Below, in pieces: positions 10,416 through 19,479 of a DNA stretch of 50,617 bases; the stretch's first letter is position 1, and each line of letters opens with the position of its first letter. The notes below the pieces were generated by a model. That model was given only the letters and a program-made list of their open reading frames with translations, searched no databases and was not told the DNA's origin. The translations under genes and the position numbers were made by a program. This DNA comes from a bacterium (GTDB lineage: Bacteria > Zhuqueibacterota > Zhuqueibacteria > Oceanimicrobiales > Oceanimicrobiaceae). The DNA lies in NCBI GenBank assembly GCA_046757025.1, contig JBHHXN010000019.1, positions 1 through 50,617 of the forward strand, in the 5' to 3' direction.

Positions 10416-10802
10416 TAGACTTATGTAAAACACAATTGAACGTCATTGCGAATCCCGCGTTTTGTGCGGGATGAAGCAATCTCCTGAGTTGCAGAAAATC
10501 AGGGGATTGCTTCCTCATCCCGCTGTTGGCGTTTTGACGTCAACCTAAGAAAAAATCTTGTTCCAAAACTCCACTTTGGGAACAAGGGTGTCTAAGAAAT
10601 TCGGTTTCTTCCCGCTAAATCGGGCATTCGAAACAGAGTTTTCTACACTTGCGTTCCAAAATAGAAATTTTGGAACGAGAACGCGGTGGATTTTCTGCAT
10701 AAATATGGCAGATATGGATTCTATATTCCTTAAGATGATGTTAAAATGTTTTTAGAGGGAATCTTCGCAATGACAACATTTTCTTTATTTTGCAGAAGTC
10801 TA
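10416..10802. mobile_element. Composite MITE-like element with a nested second element (~10532..10746)
   Basis: Outer TIR AGACTTATGTAAAA/TTTTGCAGAAGTCT; cargo GTCATTGCGAA...TTCGCAATGAC; inner imperfect TIR TTTTGACGTCAACCTAAG/CTTAAGATGATGTTAAAA around GTTCCAAAA..TTTGG(G)AAC hairpins. Confidence 0.65.
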
Positions 10803-10828
10803 ATAATTTACAAATTAAGGAGGGCAAG

Positions 10829-12115
10829 ATGTTCAGAAAAATCCTGGCATTAGGGACCATTTTTTATGCTTTTTTGTTTTTCGCAAGGGAATCGGCAGGG
10901 CAGCAATTTGTCCCACTAACCGCCAAAGAAGCGGTCGAAAGAGCGGCGCCGGTGGCCGCCCAATGGGCCGCCGATGCCCGGCTGATCTTTGTGGGCAGTG
11001 GCCCCGAACCCGGCATGTATCCCGACGGCAAATGCGATTTCTGGGTTTGCGCTTACTATTCGCCGGCCAAAGATTCCACGTATAATTTTTACGCCACCAA
11101 AGTCGGGCCCGTGAGTTTTGAGTCACGCCCGAAAGAGGGGTATCCTTCTTTGAATGGCATCGGCATGGACTGGAAGGACAGCAGCACGGCCGGACGCAAA
11201 GCGGAGCAGTTGGGCGGCTCGCAATTCCGGGCTAAGTATAGCGACACCATAGTCGGCGCATCCGTAACCTATGAAACGATATTCGAGCATACTCAACATC
11301 CCAGGTGGGGATTCTGGTGGACGTTCACCTACTTTTCTGCTTCCGCTCAAACTTTTATCAAATTACACTTTAACGCCCGCTCCACTCGACCCGCGCCCAC
11401 CTGGACCATTTCCAGCAAACAGCCGGCTCAAAATCAGGATATCGCTTTTACCACGCCAAACGACGATACTTTAGCCGTCCTGAATCTCAGCTCCGGCGCA
11501 TTGGACAGCGTCAAAGTAGAAGTGTTTGAAGGTTACTTGCCGGATACCGCTGCCACAGAAAACACCATGAAAAAATATTATGACATTTCCTCCTATCCGG
11601 AAGGCGCGCCTTTTGAAGGTACCCTGACCCTGTTTTACATGGATGCTGAATTTGAAGCTTCTGGCATTCAGGACGAAGCGGGCTTGCAACTCTACCGTCA
11701 CGACGGTCAGCGCTGGCAGCTGGTGGGCGGCACCGCCGATCCGCAGCAGAATTCTGTGACCGCGACTGGTGTGACCGAATTCTCACAGTGGACGTTCGCC
11801 AATCCCAACGACCAACCATTGAGCATTGAAAACGCCCATATTCAACAGCCAGAGGATTTTGTTTTGTGGCAAAACTATCCCAATCCCTTTAACCCGGCAA
11901 CCACCATCCACTTTGCCATCCCAAAGTCGAGCCTGGTCACTTTACGGATTTACAACCTGCTCGGCCAGGAAATCGAGACGCTGGTCGATGAACAAAAGCC
12001 GGCTGGCGAATACAAAGTGAACTGGGCGCCGAGGAATTTGTCCAGTGGAATCTACCTGTATCGGTTGCAAGCCGGGGAGATTGCTGAAACCAGGAAGCTT
12101 ATGCTGTTGAGATAG
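10829..12115 (+). CDS. Secreted protein with duplicated N-terminal module and T9SS-type C-terminal domain
   Basis: RBS AAGGAGG; signal peptide; two repeats of 'TA..A...A...A..W....YYS'; QNYPNPFNP...RKLMLLR. Confidence 0.85.
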   Translation: MFRKILALGTIFYAFLFFARESAGQQFVPLTAKEAVERAAPVAAQWAADARLIFVGSGPEPGMYPDGKCDFWVCAYYSPAKDSTYNFYATKVGPVSFESRPKEGYPSLNGIGMDWKDSSTAGRKAEQLGGSQFRAKYSDTIVGASVTYETIFEHTQHPRWGFWWTFTYFSASAQTFIKLHFNARSTRPAPTWTISSKQPAQNQDIAFTTPNDDTLAVLNLSSGALDSVKVEVFEGYLPDTAATENTMKKYYDISSYPEGAPFEGTLTLFYMDAEFEASGIQDEAGLQLYRHDGQRWQLVGGTADPQQNSVTATGVTEFSQWTFANPNDQPLSIENAHIQQPEDFVLWQNYPNPFNPATTIHFAIPKSSLVTLRIYNLLGQEIETLVDEQKPAGEYKVNWAPRNLSSGIYLYRLQAGEIAETRKLMLLR

Positions 12116-12154
12116 TCCAATCGAGCCGCTTACCTCAAGCGGTAACCAAAACCA

Positions 12155-12206
12155 TTCAACTGAATAGTACAAATGGTCAATTTGAAGTTTGTACTATTCA
12201 GTTGAA
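12155..12206. repeat. Perfect 19-bp inverted repeat (terminator-like hairpin or element remnant)
   Basis: TTCAACTGAATAGTACAAA-14 nt-TTTGTACTATTCAGTTGAA, 40 nt after the stop at 12115. Confidence 0.7.
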
Positions 12207-12326
12207 CATTCCTGTTATTTTCCCTAGCCATTTTTTCCGATCTTCGAATGATCTGTTGACTTTGATTTTGAGAATTGCTTAATTGCTCACAAGTTTGCAA
12301 CGAATCTTTGGGATTTGCAGGAACCC

Positions 12327-12981
12327 ATGACCAGAACCATTCAATATCTTTTGTTGGTGTTGCGGGTAACTGGTGTCGTCGCTATCGGCGGGCTTTTAAA
12401 CGAAGCCGTAGCCGGTTCAGGTATTCTCTTCTGGATTATCATCTTCCTCGTTTTTCTTTTCAGTATGGCACGATACCCACGTGAAGAAGTCTTCGCAGCG
12501 TTTGGACTGGTGTTTGGATTTATCGGCCTGTTTGTCCTCGGTGGCGTTTATCTGCTGGTTAAAAACGGTTTCAATGGATTCGCGGCAATCTGGTTTATGG
12601 TCTGGTTGGCAGTGGCCATAAAGTTTAGAAATCCCGTTCAAAAGTGGCTGACTCCGACCTATTTTGTCGCTGACAAATTTTGTACAGGTGGTGGGTCCCG
12701 TTCCAATACGACGCGAGCTGCCACGTGGGTGCGTTTTAACCGGTTTCGAGAGTATCTTGTTTTTCATATTCTTGATGACCGCGGGTTTGCTCGGCCCCAT
12801 TTTTTGGCTGGTACAATTGGCACTTTTGCTCGTCTGGCTGAAAAAACACCGCCTGAAAAAATTTACCTGGAGCAAGCACTTTCTATTTGTCCTTTTCAAC
12901 CTGCTCTTCCTGATGACACTCTATTTGACCATGCAAGAACTGGGCGTGGAGAAAATCGTCAGAAAACTGTTGGGTGGCTAA
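12327..12981 (+). pseudogene. Multi-TM membrane protein with a probable frameshift near 12660
   Basis: Hydrophobic helices in the 12315 frame stop at WLTPT; TM-rich sequence continues in the 12664..12981 frame, while the original frame becomes non-membrane-like. Confidence 0.55.
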
Positions 12982-13095
12982 AAGAAAATTCTGATTGATT
13001 TTGTTAGGATTTATTTTAGCTTAATTGTAATTGAGTAGTGAATGGCACGAAATAGCAGAGTAACCCAATTCAACCCGTGAAATCCGGCTACAAAA

Positions 13096-13902
13096 ATGGT
13101 ACCTAACATGAACGACGATAACATCGATGTGCTGCTTGAGAACCAATCCCTCAAGAACGAATTCAAATTGCGGGGATTAGATCTGGCGGAAGTCTTTTTC
13201 CCCATTCCTGAAAACCTGGAAAGGGAGAACAATATTCTACGCCATTTACTCGATTGGGTGCAGAAATATCGGGAATGCCCGGATCGCAAACGGATGGAAG
13301 CCGATGGCTATCACTTCCCTCCCATCGACCCGGACATTTCCCCGGACGACGACTGGTATCGCTTCGAATTGTGGATGCAGGGCAAACCCACCCGCATGCG
13401 GCTCATCGACCAGTTACCCCCAAATTTTACTCCAATCCCGCCGGAACATCTTACCGAAAACGGATTGCAACGCGAGCTGAAACATCTTCAGGAGCTATTG
13501 TTCGAGATTCACATTTCAGTGGAGCTCAATCCGGATGTCCCCCAACGTCTGATTTACGAGCATCTCCTCGAATTACTCCATGAAAAGTTTGAGTTGACTC
13601 AGGAAGGTTGTTGGCATGTGAACGGCTGTTCAGGTTATTGTCCGGGCTGCTTTCAGCGACCCTGGTGTGCTGCCGGCACCGCATCCTGCTGGACAGAAGA
13701 CGAAGAAGCCGGTAAAATGTTTCTCCCTCCTGAGCTCAAAAACTACGTATCTGCCAGCCCGGGTTCATTACAAATTTTGCAGAAACTCCAGGCAGAAGAG
13801 GACAAAAAATTCGAGGAATTCAAGCGGTCGCAAAAAGACTCTGACTTGACCATCGACCCCCTGTCTTTCGACTTTGACGAGGATGACGATCTACCTTTTT
13901 GA
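13096..13902 (+). CDS. Hypothetical protein with Cys-rich motif
   Basis: 268-aa ORF; GCWHVNGCSGYCPGCFQRPWC..SCW; acidic tail DDDLPF. Confidence 0.8.
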   Translation: MVPNMNDDNIDVLLENQSLKNEFKLRGLDLAEVFFPIPENLERENNILRHLLDWVQKYRECPDRKRMEADGYHFPPIDPDISPDDDWYRFELWMQGKPTRMRLIDQLPPNFTPIPPEHLTENGLQRELKHLQELLFEIHISVELNPDVPQRLIYEHLLELLHEKFELTQEGCWHVNGCSGYCPGCFQRPWCAAGTASCWTEDEEAGKMFLPPELKNYVSASPGSLQILQKLQAEEDKKFEEFKRSQKDSDLTIDPLSFDFDEDDDLPF

Positions 13903-13959
13903 GAGCGGATTGCACCCAAGCTCTTTTCAAACGAATCCCTGAAGTTAACAGGCGTTGCG

Positions 13960-14180
13960 TACGGCCTTCCAGTTAGCTCAGCTTGAACTTTTAAAAGCTC
14001 TTTTCGATTGATATAAACCTTAATCGTCATGCCCGCGAAGGCGGGCATCCAGAGGTTTCGACCGCCTCAAATCTTTGTTTCTAAATGGATTCCCGCTTTC
14101 GCGGGAATGACTGACTATAGCATTCTTTTTAATACTGAATTCAGTAATAACCCCGTTTCTGAGCAAACTGGATAACCGTA
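13960..14180. mobile_element. MITE (TACGG...CCGTA family) with 9-bp target-site duplication
   Basis: TIR TACGGCCTTCCAGTTAGCTCAG/CTGAGCAAACTGGATAACCGTA; GGCGTTGCG at both 13951-13959 and 14181-14189; cargo GTCATGCCCGCGAAGGCGGGCATCC...GGATTCCCGCTTTCGCGGGAATGAC. Confidence 0.85.
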
Positions 14181-14209
14181 GGCGTTGCGCCAGCATAAAC
14201 CGAATAATT

Positions 14210-14342
14210 AGTGTCTGAACGAAAACTCGAGATATGAGCGAATTCGAAACCTCTTCGCGAAGGCGTCCCCGCCGAGCCAGGCAGGAATTCATCCTCGGCC
14301 AGGAGGCCTTTGGGAAGACAGGGTCGTTTTCGTTCTGATGCT
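14210..14342. mobile_element. MITE-like element (AGTGTCTGAACGAAAAC ends)
   Basis: TIR AGTGTCTGAACGAAAAC/GTTTTCGTTCTGATGCT; flanks AATT/ATTT; homologous to 221..377. Confidence 0.7.
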
Positions 14343-14477
14343 ATTTATCCACACATGTTCACAATTTTACTCTTGCCTTTCTTTGCTGGTTTCTGTAATT
14401 TTCATCAAAGGAACGTGGTTATGACATCCCGCCAACGCCCTGTCAATTGCACAACTACAAAAACACGGAAGGTCGAA

Positions 14478-14945
14478 ATGAAAGACTCTATTATAGAAAC
14501 CTGGCATATCAATAATCGGGTTAATCTTATGCTCATCGAAGCCATCCGCGACGAAGGGTTTGAGTGCACGCTTTCCACCCGCGGCGGCAACACCGTGGCA
14601 CGGCAATTTGCGCATCTGCACGACGTCCGATTGTTGAAGCTGGAAAAATTCGATAAAGAACTGCTGCAGGGATTGAGCAAAATCAAAAAGGAAGAAAGCG
14701 TCCACCGCGCCAAACTGACAACCCATCTCAACGCTTCGGCGGAGGCCGTGGCCAGAATGCTGGAGCGAGGCGCAGCCGACAGCGGTAAAATCAAAGGCTT
14801 TAAACGTGGGGTGATCACCTTGCTGGGATATTTTATCTGCCACGAAGCACACCACCGTGGCAACATTCTGCTCACCCTCAAACAGGGTGGCTATAAAATT
14901 CCGCGCGCCACTCAGTACGGCATCTGGGCGTGGAATCAGATTTAA
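14478..14945 (+). CDS. DinB/YfiT-family protein
   Basis: QFAHLHDVR and ICHEAHHRG metal-binding His motifs; ATG at 14478. Confidence 0.88.
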   Translation: MKDSIIETWHINNRVNLMLIEAIRDEGFECTLSTRGGNTVARQFAHLHDVRLLKLEKFDKELLQGLSKIKKEESVHRAKLTTHLNASAEAVARMLERGAADSGKIKGFKRGVITLLGYFICHEAHHRGNILLTLKQGGYKIPRATQYGIWAWNQI

Positions 14946-15077
14946 GACACCCAATCTAATGTACTCTTTTTAGGAGGGAATTACTGCCAGTTTCGGTATC
15001 CTGAGCGCCGTACCGATTTCATCTGTTACCTCAATTCTAACAATCGATTCATTTATTAATTGAAGGAAGGAGCCATC

Positions 15078-16931
15078 ATGGGTAAGACCATTTTTTATCT
15101 GCTCGTCTGTGTACCTCTTCTGGCTTGCGCAAAAAAAGAAAAAAAGCGTGAAAATACCACGGCGGAAATTAAAAAATCCACCCCTGTCAACGCCACATCC
15201 ACCCCCGAAACCAGGACGATACATTACGATATCCAACCCACGGCCGATTTTGAATCGTTGATGGAACTGCCCGCAAGCGAGCTCGGAGACGTGGTGGCCG
15301 GTTATTCAGCGGATCGCAGCGGCCTGCTGCGCCGACACAACTTACCCTACTCCCCTGCCCAGCGCGCTCGGTTGCGAGCTTTTTATCAGGGTTGGCGATT
15401 GGGATTGGACGATATCGAATTCGACTCGCTGAGCATTGAAGGCCGCATCGACTACGTTTTGATGCACAACCAGCTCGAATACGAGTTGGCCTTACTCGAT
15501 CGCGAAGAGAAACGATTTGCACAGATGCAGACCTACCTGCCCTTTGCCCTTACCGTCATTCAGTTAGAAGAGGCGCGCCGAAACATGGAACCTGTCGAGC
15601 CGGAGAAAGTTGCCGCTACTCTGGATGCGCTACCCGATGAAATCGAGCAAACCCGCAAATCGATTCAGGCATGGCTGGAAAGCGATAAAAATGGCTCCCA
15701 ACTTTCCCGCATCGCGGCACTCAACGCTTCCAATGCACTGAAAGATTTGCGCAGCCGGCTGGAACGCTGGTTTAAGTACTACGCCGGTTACGATCCCGCA
15801 TTCACCTGGTGGGTGAGTGCACCTTACAAAAAAGCAGAAAAGGCGCTGAAGTCGTACGTCAGCTTCCTCAACGAAAAAGTGGTGGGATTTAAAAGGGGCG
15901 AAGATCCGCCCATTGTGGGCAATCCCATCGGCGCCGAAGGTTTACAAGTGGCGTTGAAACATGAAATGATTCCTTACACACCGGAGGAGCTCATCGCCAT
16001 AGCCGAACGCGAGTTTGCCTGGTGCGAAGCGGAGATGAAAAAAGCTTCGCAGGAAATGGGTTTTGGTGACAATTGGAAAGAAGCTCTGGAAAAAGTCAAA
16101 ACCCTGCACGTGGCGCCCGGCCGCCAACCGCAACTGGTGCGGGAGCTGGCGCTGGAAGCCGTGGACTTTCTGCGGGAGCGGGACCTGCTGACCATTCCAC
16201 CCCTCGCTGAAGAGATCTGGCGTATGCAGATGATGTCGCCGGAAATGCAAAAAATCAGTCCCTTCTTTCTCGGCGGCGAGGTGATCCTGGTGGCCTTCCC
16301 CACTGATGAGATGGCGCACCAGGACAAGCTCATGAGCATGCGCGGAAATAACGTGCATTTTGCGCGCGCCACGGTCCACCACGAGCTGATACCCGGCCAT
16401 CACCTGCAGGGATTCATGACCCGACGCTACAACTCGCACCGGCGGGCGTTTTCCACACCTTTCTGGGGCGAAGGCTGGGCGCTGTACTGGGAAATGTTTT
16501 TGTGGGATCTCGGTTTTCCAAAATCGCCTGAGGACCGGGTAGGCATGTTGTTCTGGCGTTCACATCGCGCAGCGCGCATCATTTTCTCGCTGAGCTTCCA
16601 TCAAGGCGCCATGACGCCACAGGAAGCCATCGACTTTCTGGTTGAGAAAGTCGGCCACGAGCGCGCCAACGCCACCGCTGAGGTGAGACGCTCGTTTAAC
16701 GGCAACTATTCGCCGCTCTATCAGGCGGCCTACATGATCGGCGGACTGCAGATTCGCGCGCTGCACGAGTCGCTGGTGGCTTCGGGAAAGATGACCGACA
16801 AACAATTTCACGACGCCATTCTCCAGGGCGGCAGCATGCCCATCGAAATGGTACGCGCCCGACTCACCGGCGAAGCGCCAGTAAAGGAATTCCAAACTTC
16901 GTGGCGATTTTATGGCGCGCCGCTGGAATGA
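15078..16931 (+). CDS. DUF885-family lipoprotein (putative metallopeptidase)
   Basis: Lipobox LLAC; HHELIPGHHLQ, FWGEGWALYWE, YQAAYMIGGLQI, FHDAIL..G.MP. Confidence 0.9.
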   Translation: MGKTIFYLLVCVPLLACAKKEKKRENTTAEIKKSTPVNATSTPETRTIHYDIQPTADFESLMELPASELGDVVAGYSADRSGLLRRHNLPYSPAQRARLRAFYQGWRLGLDDIEFDSLSIEGRIDYVLMHNQLEYELALLDREEKRFAQMQTYLPFALTVIQLEEARRNMEPVEPEKVAATLDALPDEIEQTRKSIQAWLESDKNGSQLSRIAALNASNALKDLRSRLERWFKYYAGYDPAFTWWVSAPYKKAEKALKSYVSFLNEKVVGFKRGEDPPIVGNPIGAEGLQVALKHEMIPYTPEELIAIAEREFAWCEAEMKKASQEMGFGDNWKEALEKVKTLHVAPGRQPQLVRELALEAVDFLRERDLLTIPPLAEEIWRMQMMSPEMQKISPFFLGGEVILVAFPTDEMAHQDKLMSMRGNNVHFARATVHHELIPGHHLQGFMTRRYNSHRRAFSTPFWGEGWALYWEMFLWDLGFPKSPEDRVGMLFWRSHRAARIIFSLSFHQGAMTPQEAIDFLVEKVGHERANATAEVRRSFNGNYSPLYQAAYMIGGLQIRALHESLVASGKMTDKQFHDAILQGGSMPIEMVRARLTGEAPVKEFQTSWRFYGAPLE

Positions 16932-17027
16932 TGGTGTTAAAGACTGTGAAAACTATGTGTAAATTTATTGTTAAAAATATTGTAACTATTCAGCTATTGG
17001 CATTTAGCTGTTGGCCATTGTTTAATT

Positions 17028-17380
17028 AGTGCTACAGCGAAAGTTTGTCATTCTGAGGAATTTTCGGTCAAGCACTAATTCGTGGCCATCCGAATTCGTC
17101 ATTCCCGAGTGCTCCCTGCTTAAAACATGCAGGGACAAGCTCGTCGGGAATCTCGTGCTGAACGGAACAATGGATTCCCGCTCAAAGATTGCGGGAATGA
17201 CAAAAAAGGGCTCTTTCGGATGGACACTAATTAAGATGGGCGGCAAAAATTCACTGTTACAAACAGTGAAGGATCAATTCAGGCTAACTTTTTGTAAATC
17301 AGATGATTTTGTGGTTACAGAGTCTTCGTCACTTCGTTCCTCAGAATGACACGTAGTTCGCGCGTTTTCACACAGGCGCT
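17028..17380. mobile_element. Outer hairpin-carrying element interrupted by the MITE at 17081..17228
   Basis: GTCATTCTGAGGAA (17047) pairs with TTCCTCAGAATGAC (~17337-17350); degenerate outer TIR AGTGCTACAGCGAAA/TTTCACACAGGCGCT. Confidence 0.5.
17081..17228. mobile_element. MITE-like element (AGTGTCCATCCG family), copy 2
   Basis: Near-identical to 8832..8980; 4-bp AATT on both flanks. Confidence 0.85.
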
Positions 17381-17440
17381 AAAGCGTGAACACCGGCACT
17401 GAATCCCAAAGTGAATTATCGATCAAATTCATCCACTTTT

Positions 17441-18418
17441 TTACGGGTTATGGATACCGGTGCCTTGCATCTGGTAAAGATCTAGGCATTGTTGGCAAAT
17501 CGGTTCAGTGGCGGCCCATTTCGGATGGGCTGATTTTATTTGGGAAAGAACCGATTTCGGAAGAAGATTCGCTGCCAACACGAGATGAAAGGAAGGGAAT
17601 CGACACAGCGGACAGATACTGTGGCGGTGATTTTTTGAATCAGCAGCAAATGGCGGAATCACGTTTAAAATCGTCAAGGCTAGCAAATCTTGATGTTTGG
17701 GTGAGGGATTCTCAAACAAGTGGTCGAACGTGTCATCCAGGTCCTGAATAAGACCGGAAAACGCCTTTTTAAAAATCTGGCGCTGTCTTTCGCGCACATC
17801 GGAAGAAAGGAGATTCGCATTGCAGAGCCGGCCATAAATCGTGCTATCCCATAAAATGCGATAGCGTTCCTGCAGCAGCCGATCATACAAGGCGCCGGTT
17901 TCCGATCGGGGTAGTGCGGGTTCATAACCAAAATCCGTGTCGAGCATATCCACCACGTGTAACAGCTCGTAGCGGAGAAAGGTGAGTAACGATTCGATGT
18001 GCATAAAATGCTCTGGCAGCACCTGGATGAGAATGGAACGATCTCCTCTCTGGACGGTCTCCCCGCGTTTGCCCGAAACATAAAGATCAGCAAAGGTCTC
18101 CTTTTTGGTAGGCGCCTTAACCACCAGGCATCTTTGCGTTTGGGCTTTCAAAACAGGCCAGTCAGCGAGGACTTGCTGCAGCGGCCGATGTAAACCGAAA
18201 ATTTCAAACCACTTTTGATGCAAAGTCTGAAAAGCCGCTTCGCGTGCGACAGGGTCGAACGAATAGATTTCATCTCTTTCCGTTCTAAATGCCGCTTCCT
18301 GAGGATTTCCAGCAACTGCCAGCAAAACCGTTTCTTCCATCAATTGCGGTTGGTATTCAACCACATAATCCGATGAAGATGGGTCAATCGGAGGCGGGTT
18401 TTTCAGTCTCTTTTTCAA
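17441..18418 (-). CDS. Hypothetical NXR-operon protein with C-terminal CxxC...CxxC
   Basis: 325-aa ORF 30 nt downstream of the chaperone gene; RYELLHVVDMLD; CPLC...CQQC; start codon uncertain. Confidence 0.75.
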   Translation of the reverse strand: MKKRLKNPPPIDPSSSDYVVEYQPQLMEETVLLAVAGNPQEAAFRTERDEIYSFDPVAREAAFQTLHQKWFEIFGLHRPLQQVLADWPVLKAQTQRCLVVKAPTKKETFADLYVSGKRGETVQRGDRSILIQVLPEHFMHIESLLTFLRYELLHVVDMLDTDFGYEPALPRSETGALYDRLLQERYRILWDSTIYGRLCNANLLSSDVRERQRQIFKKAFSGLIQDLDDTFDHLFENPSPKHQDLLALTILNVIPPFAADSKNHRHSICPLCRFPSFHLVLAANLLPKSVLSQIKSAHPKWAATEPICQQCLDLYQMQGTGIHNP

Positions 18419-18448
18419 GGTAAACAGCTTTCATCAATTCAACAAACA

Positions 18449-19246
18449 CTAATCGGCATCTTCATCTACATGGCACAAATCCTGAATGACTTCTTCTCCA
18501 GAACCACAGGTAAAACAGGCGTTCTCCATGGTTTCCGGTCGCAAGCGCAGATTTTCAGGACCGGCCGGCACGCCAAATTGCGCGCACTCCTGAAAGATAA
18601 ATTTGCGGGCAAGCTCTGCCAATAGCGCGTAAAAACTGCCCGGATTTTCTTTCATGAGCAAGTGCGTAAACGCTGGAACAAATCTCCCCAAATGATCTTG
18701 CAAAAACAATTTTTGTGCCTGACGGGTCTGCTGCAGCATGTCTTCATCGTGGACTTCTATTGCATAAGCTTCCTTTCTGGTTACAAAAGCGAGAAACTCA
18801 CACTCACAACTGATGTGGTCCACGCGCTCCTTTTCTTGGCCATTCAGCGTCAAACCGAATGCAGCAAAAAAACCCGAAATGTCGCTGAGCTGCTGGGGCT
18901 GCTGAAACAGCGTTTCGGTGCCGTATTCCGTTTCGTAAGGCGGGACTTTGGGACGAGCAGTGTGTCCGAAATAGAAACGATACGAGCATTCCAGGGAATC
19001 CAGGTTTTGGGCGTCGGTACATGAGCGTAACCGCAGCACCGCTTTTGACCAGCCAATCGGCCGGGAATCGGAAGTCATGTTTTCCAGCATGCCGACCATT
19101 TCGGCCAGGGCGCGGTTTTGTACTTCCGACAGCAAGCGCTCGAAGGTTTCTGCGGTGGGCGGTCGAAAACCCAACGCCAGCGCTTCATAAAATCCGCTTC
19201 GGCAAAGCGCCAAATCAATCGTATGTAGGTTTGTGGTTTCGGTCAT
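18449..19246 (-). CDS. TorD/DmsD-family molybdoenzyme chaperone
   Basis: PPYETEY, DISGFFAAFGL, ERVDHISCECEFL, FLQDHLGRFVP. Confidence 0.9.
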   Translation of the reverse strand: MTETTNLHTIDLALCRSGFYEALALGFRPPTAETFERLLSEVQNRALAEMVGMLENMTSDSRPIGWSKAVLRLRSCTDAQNLDSLECSYRFYFGHTARPKVPPYETEYGTETLFQQPQQLSDISGFFAAFGLTLNGQEKERVDHISCECEFLAFVTRKEAYAIEVHDEDMLQQTRQAQKLFLQDHLGRFVPAFTHLLMKENPGSFYALLAELARKFIFQECAQFGVPAGPENLRLRPETMENACFTCGSGEEVIQDLCHVDEDAD

Positions 19247-19278
19247 TTTTTCATTCCAAAAAAGTGAATTTGTTATTT

Positions 19279-19454
19279 AGTGTTTGACTTAAAAGTCCCC
19301 CAACGCCCTGTCATTGCGAGTCCCGCGGTGTGGGCGGGACGAAGCCATCTCCTGCCTGAGAAGAGAGAGATTCCAGCACAAAGCTTGTCCCTGCATGTCT
19401 TTAGCAGGGAGATCGCTGGAATGACTTTAAGAATCGAGTTTTCGGCCAAACACT
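19279..19454. mobile_element. MITE-like element inside the NXR operon
   Basis: TIR AGTGTTTGACTTAAAAGTC/GAGTTTTCGGCCAAACACT; ATTT on both flanks; GTCATTGCGAG...GGAATGAC cargo sharing the TCCCTGC..GCAGGGA hairpin with the 8832 family. Confidence 0.75.
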
Positions 19455-19479
19455 ATTTGTCTCCAGCGCTTCTGGCCGA

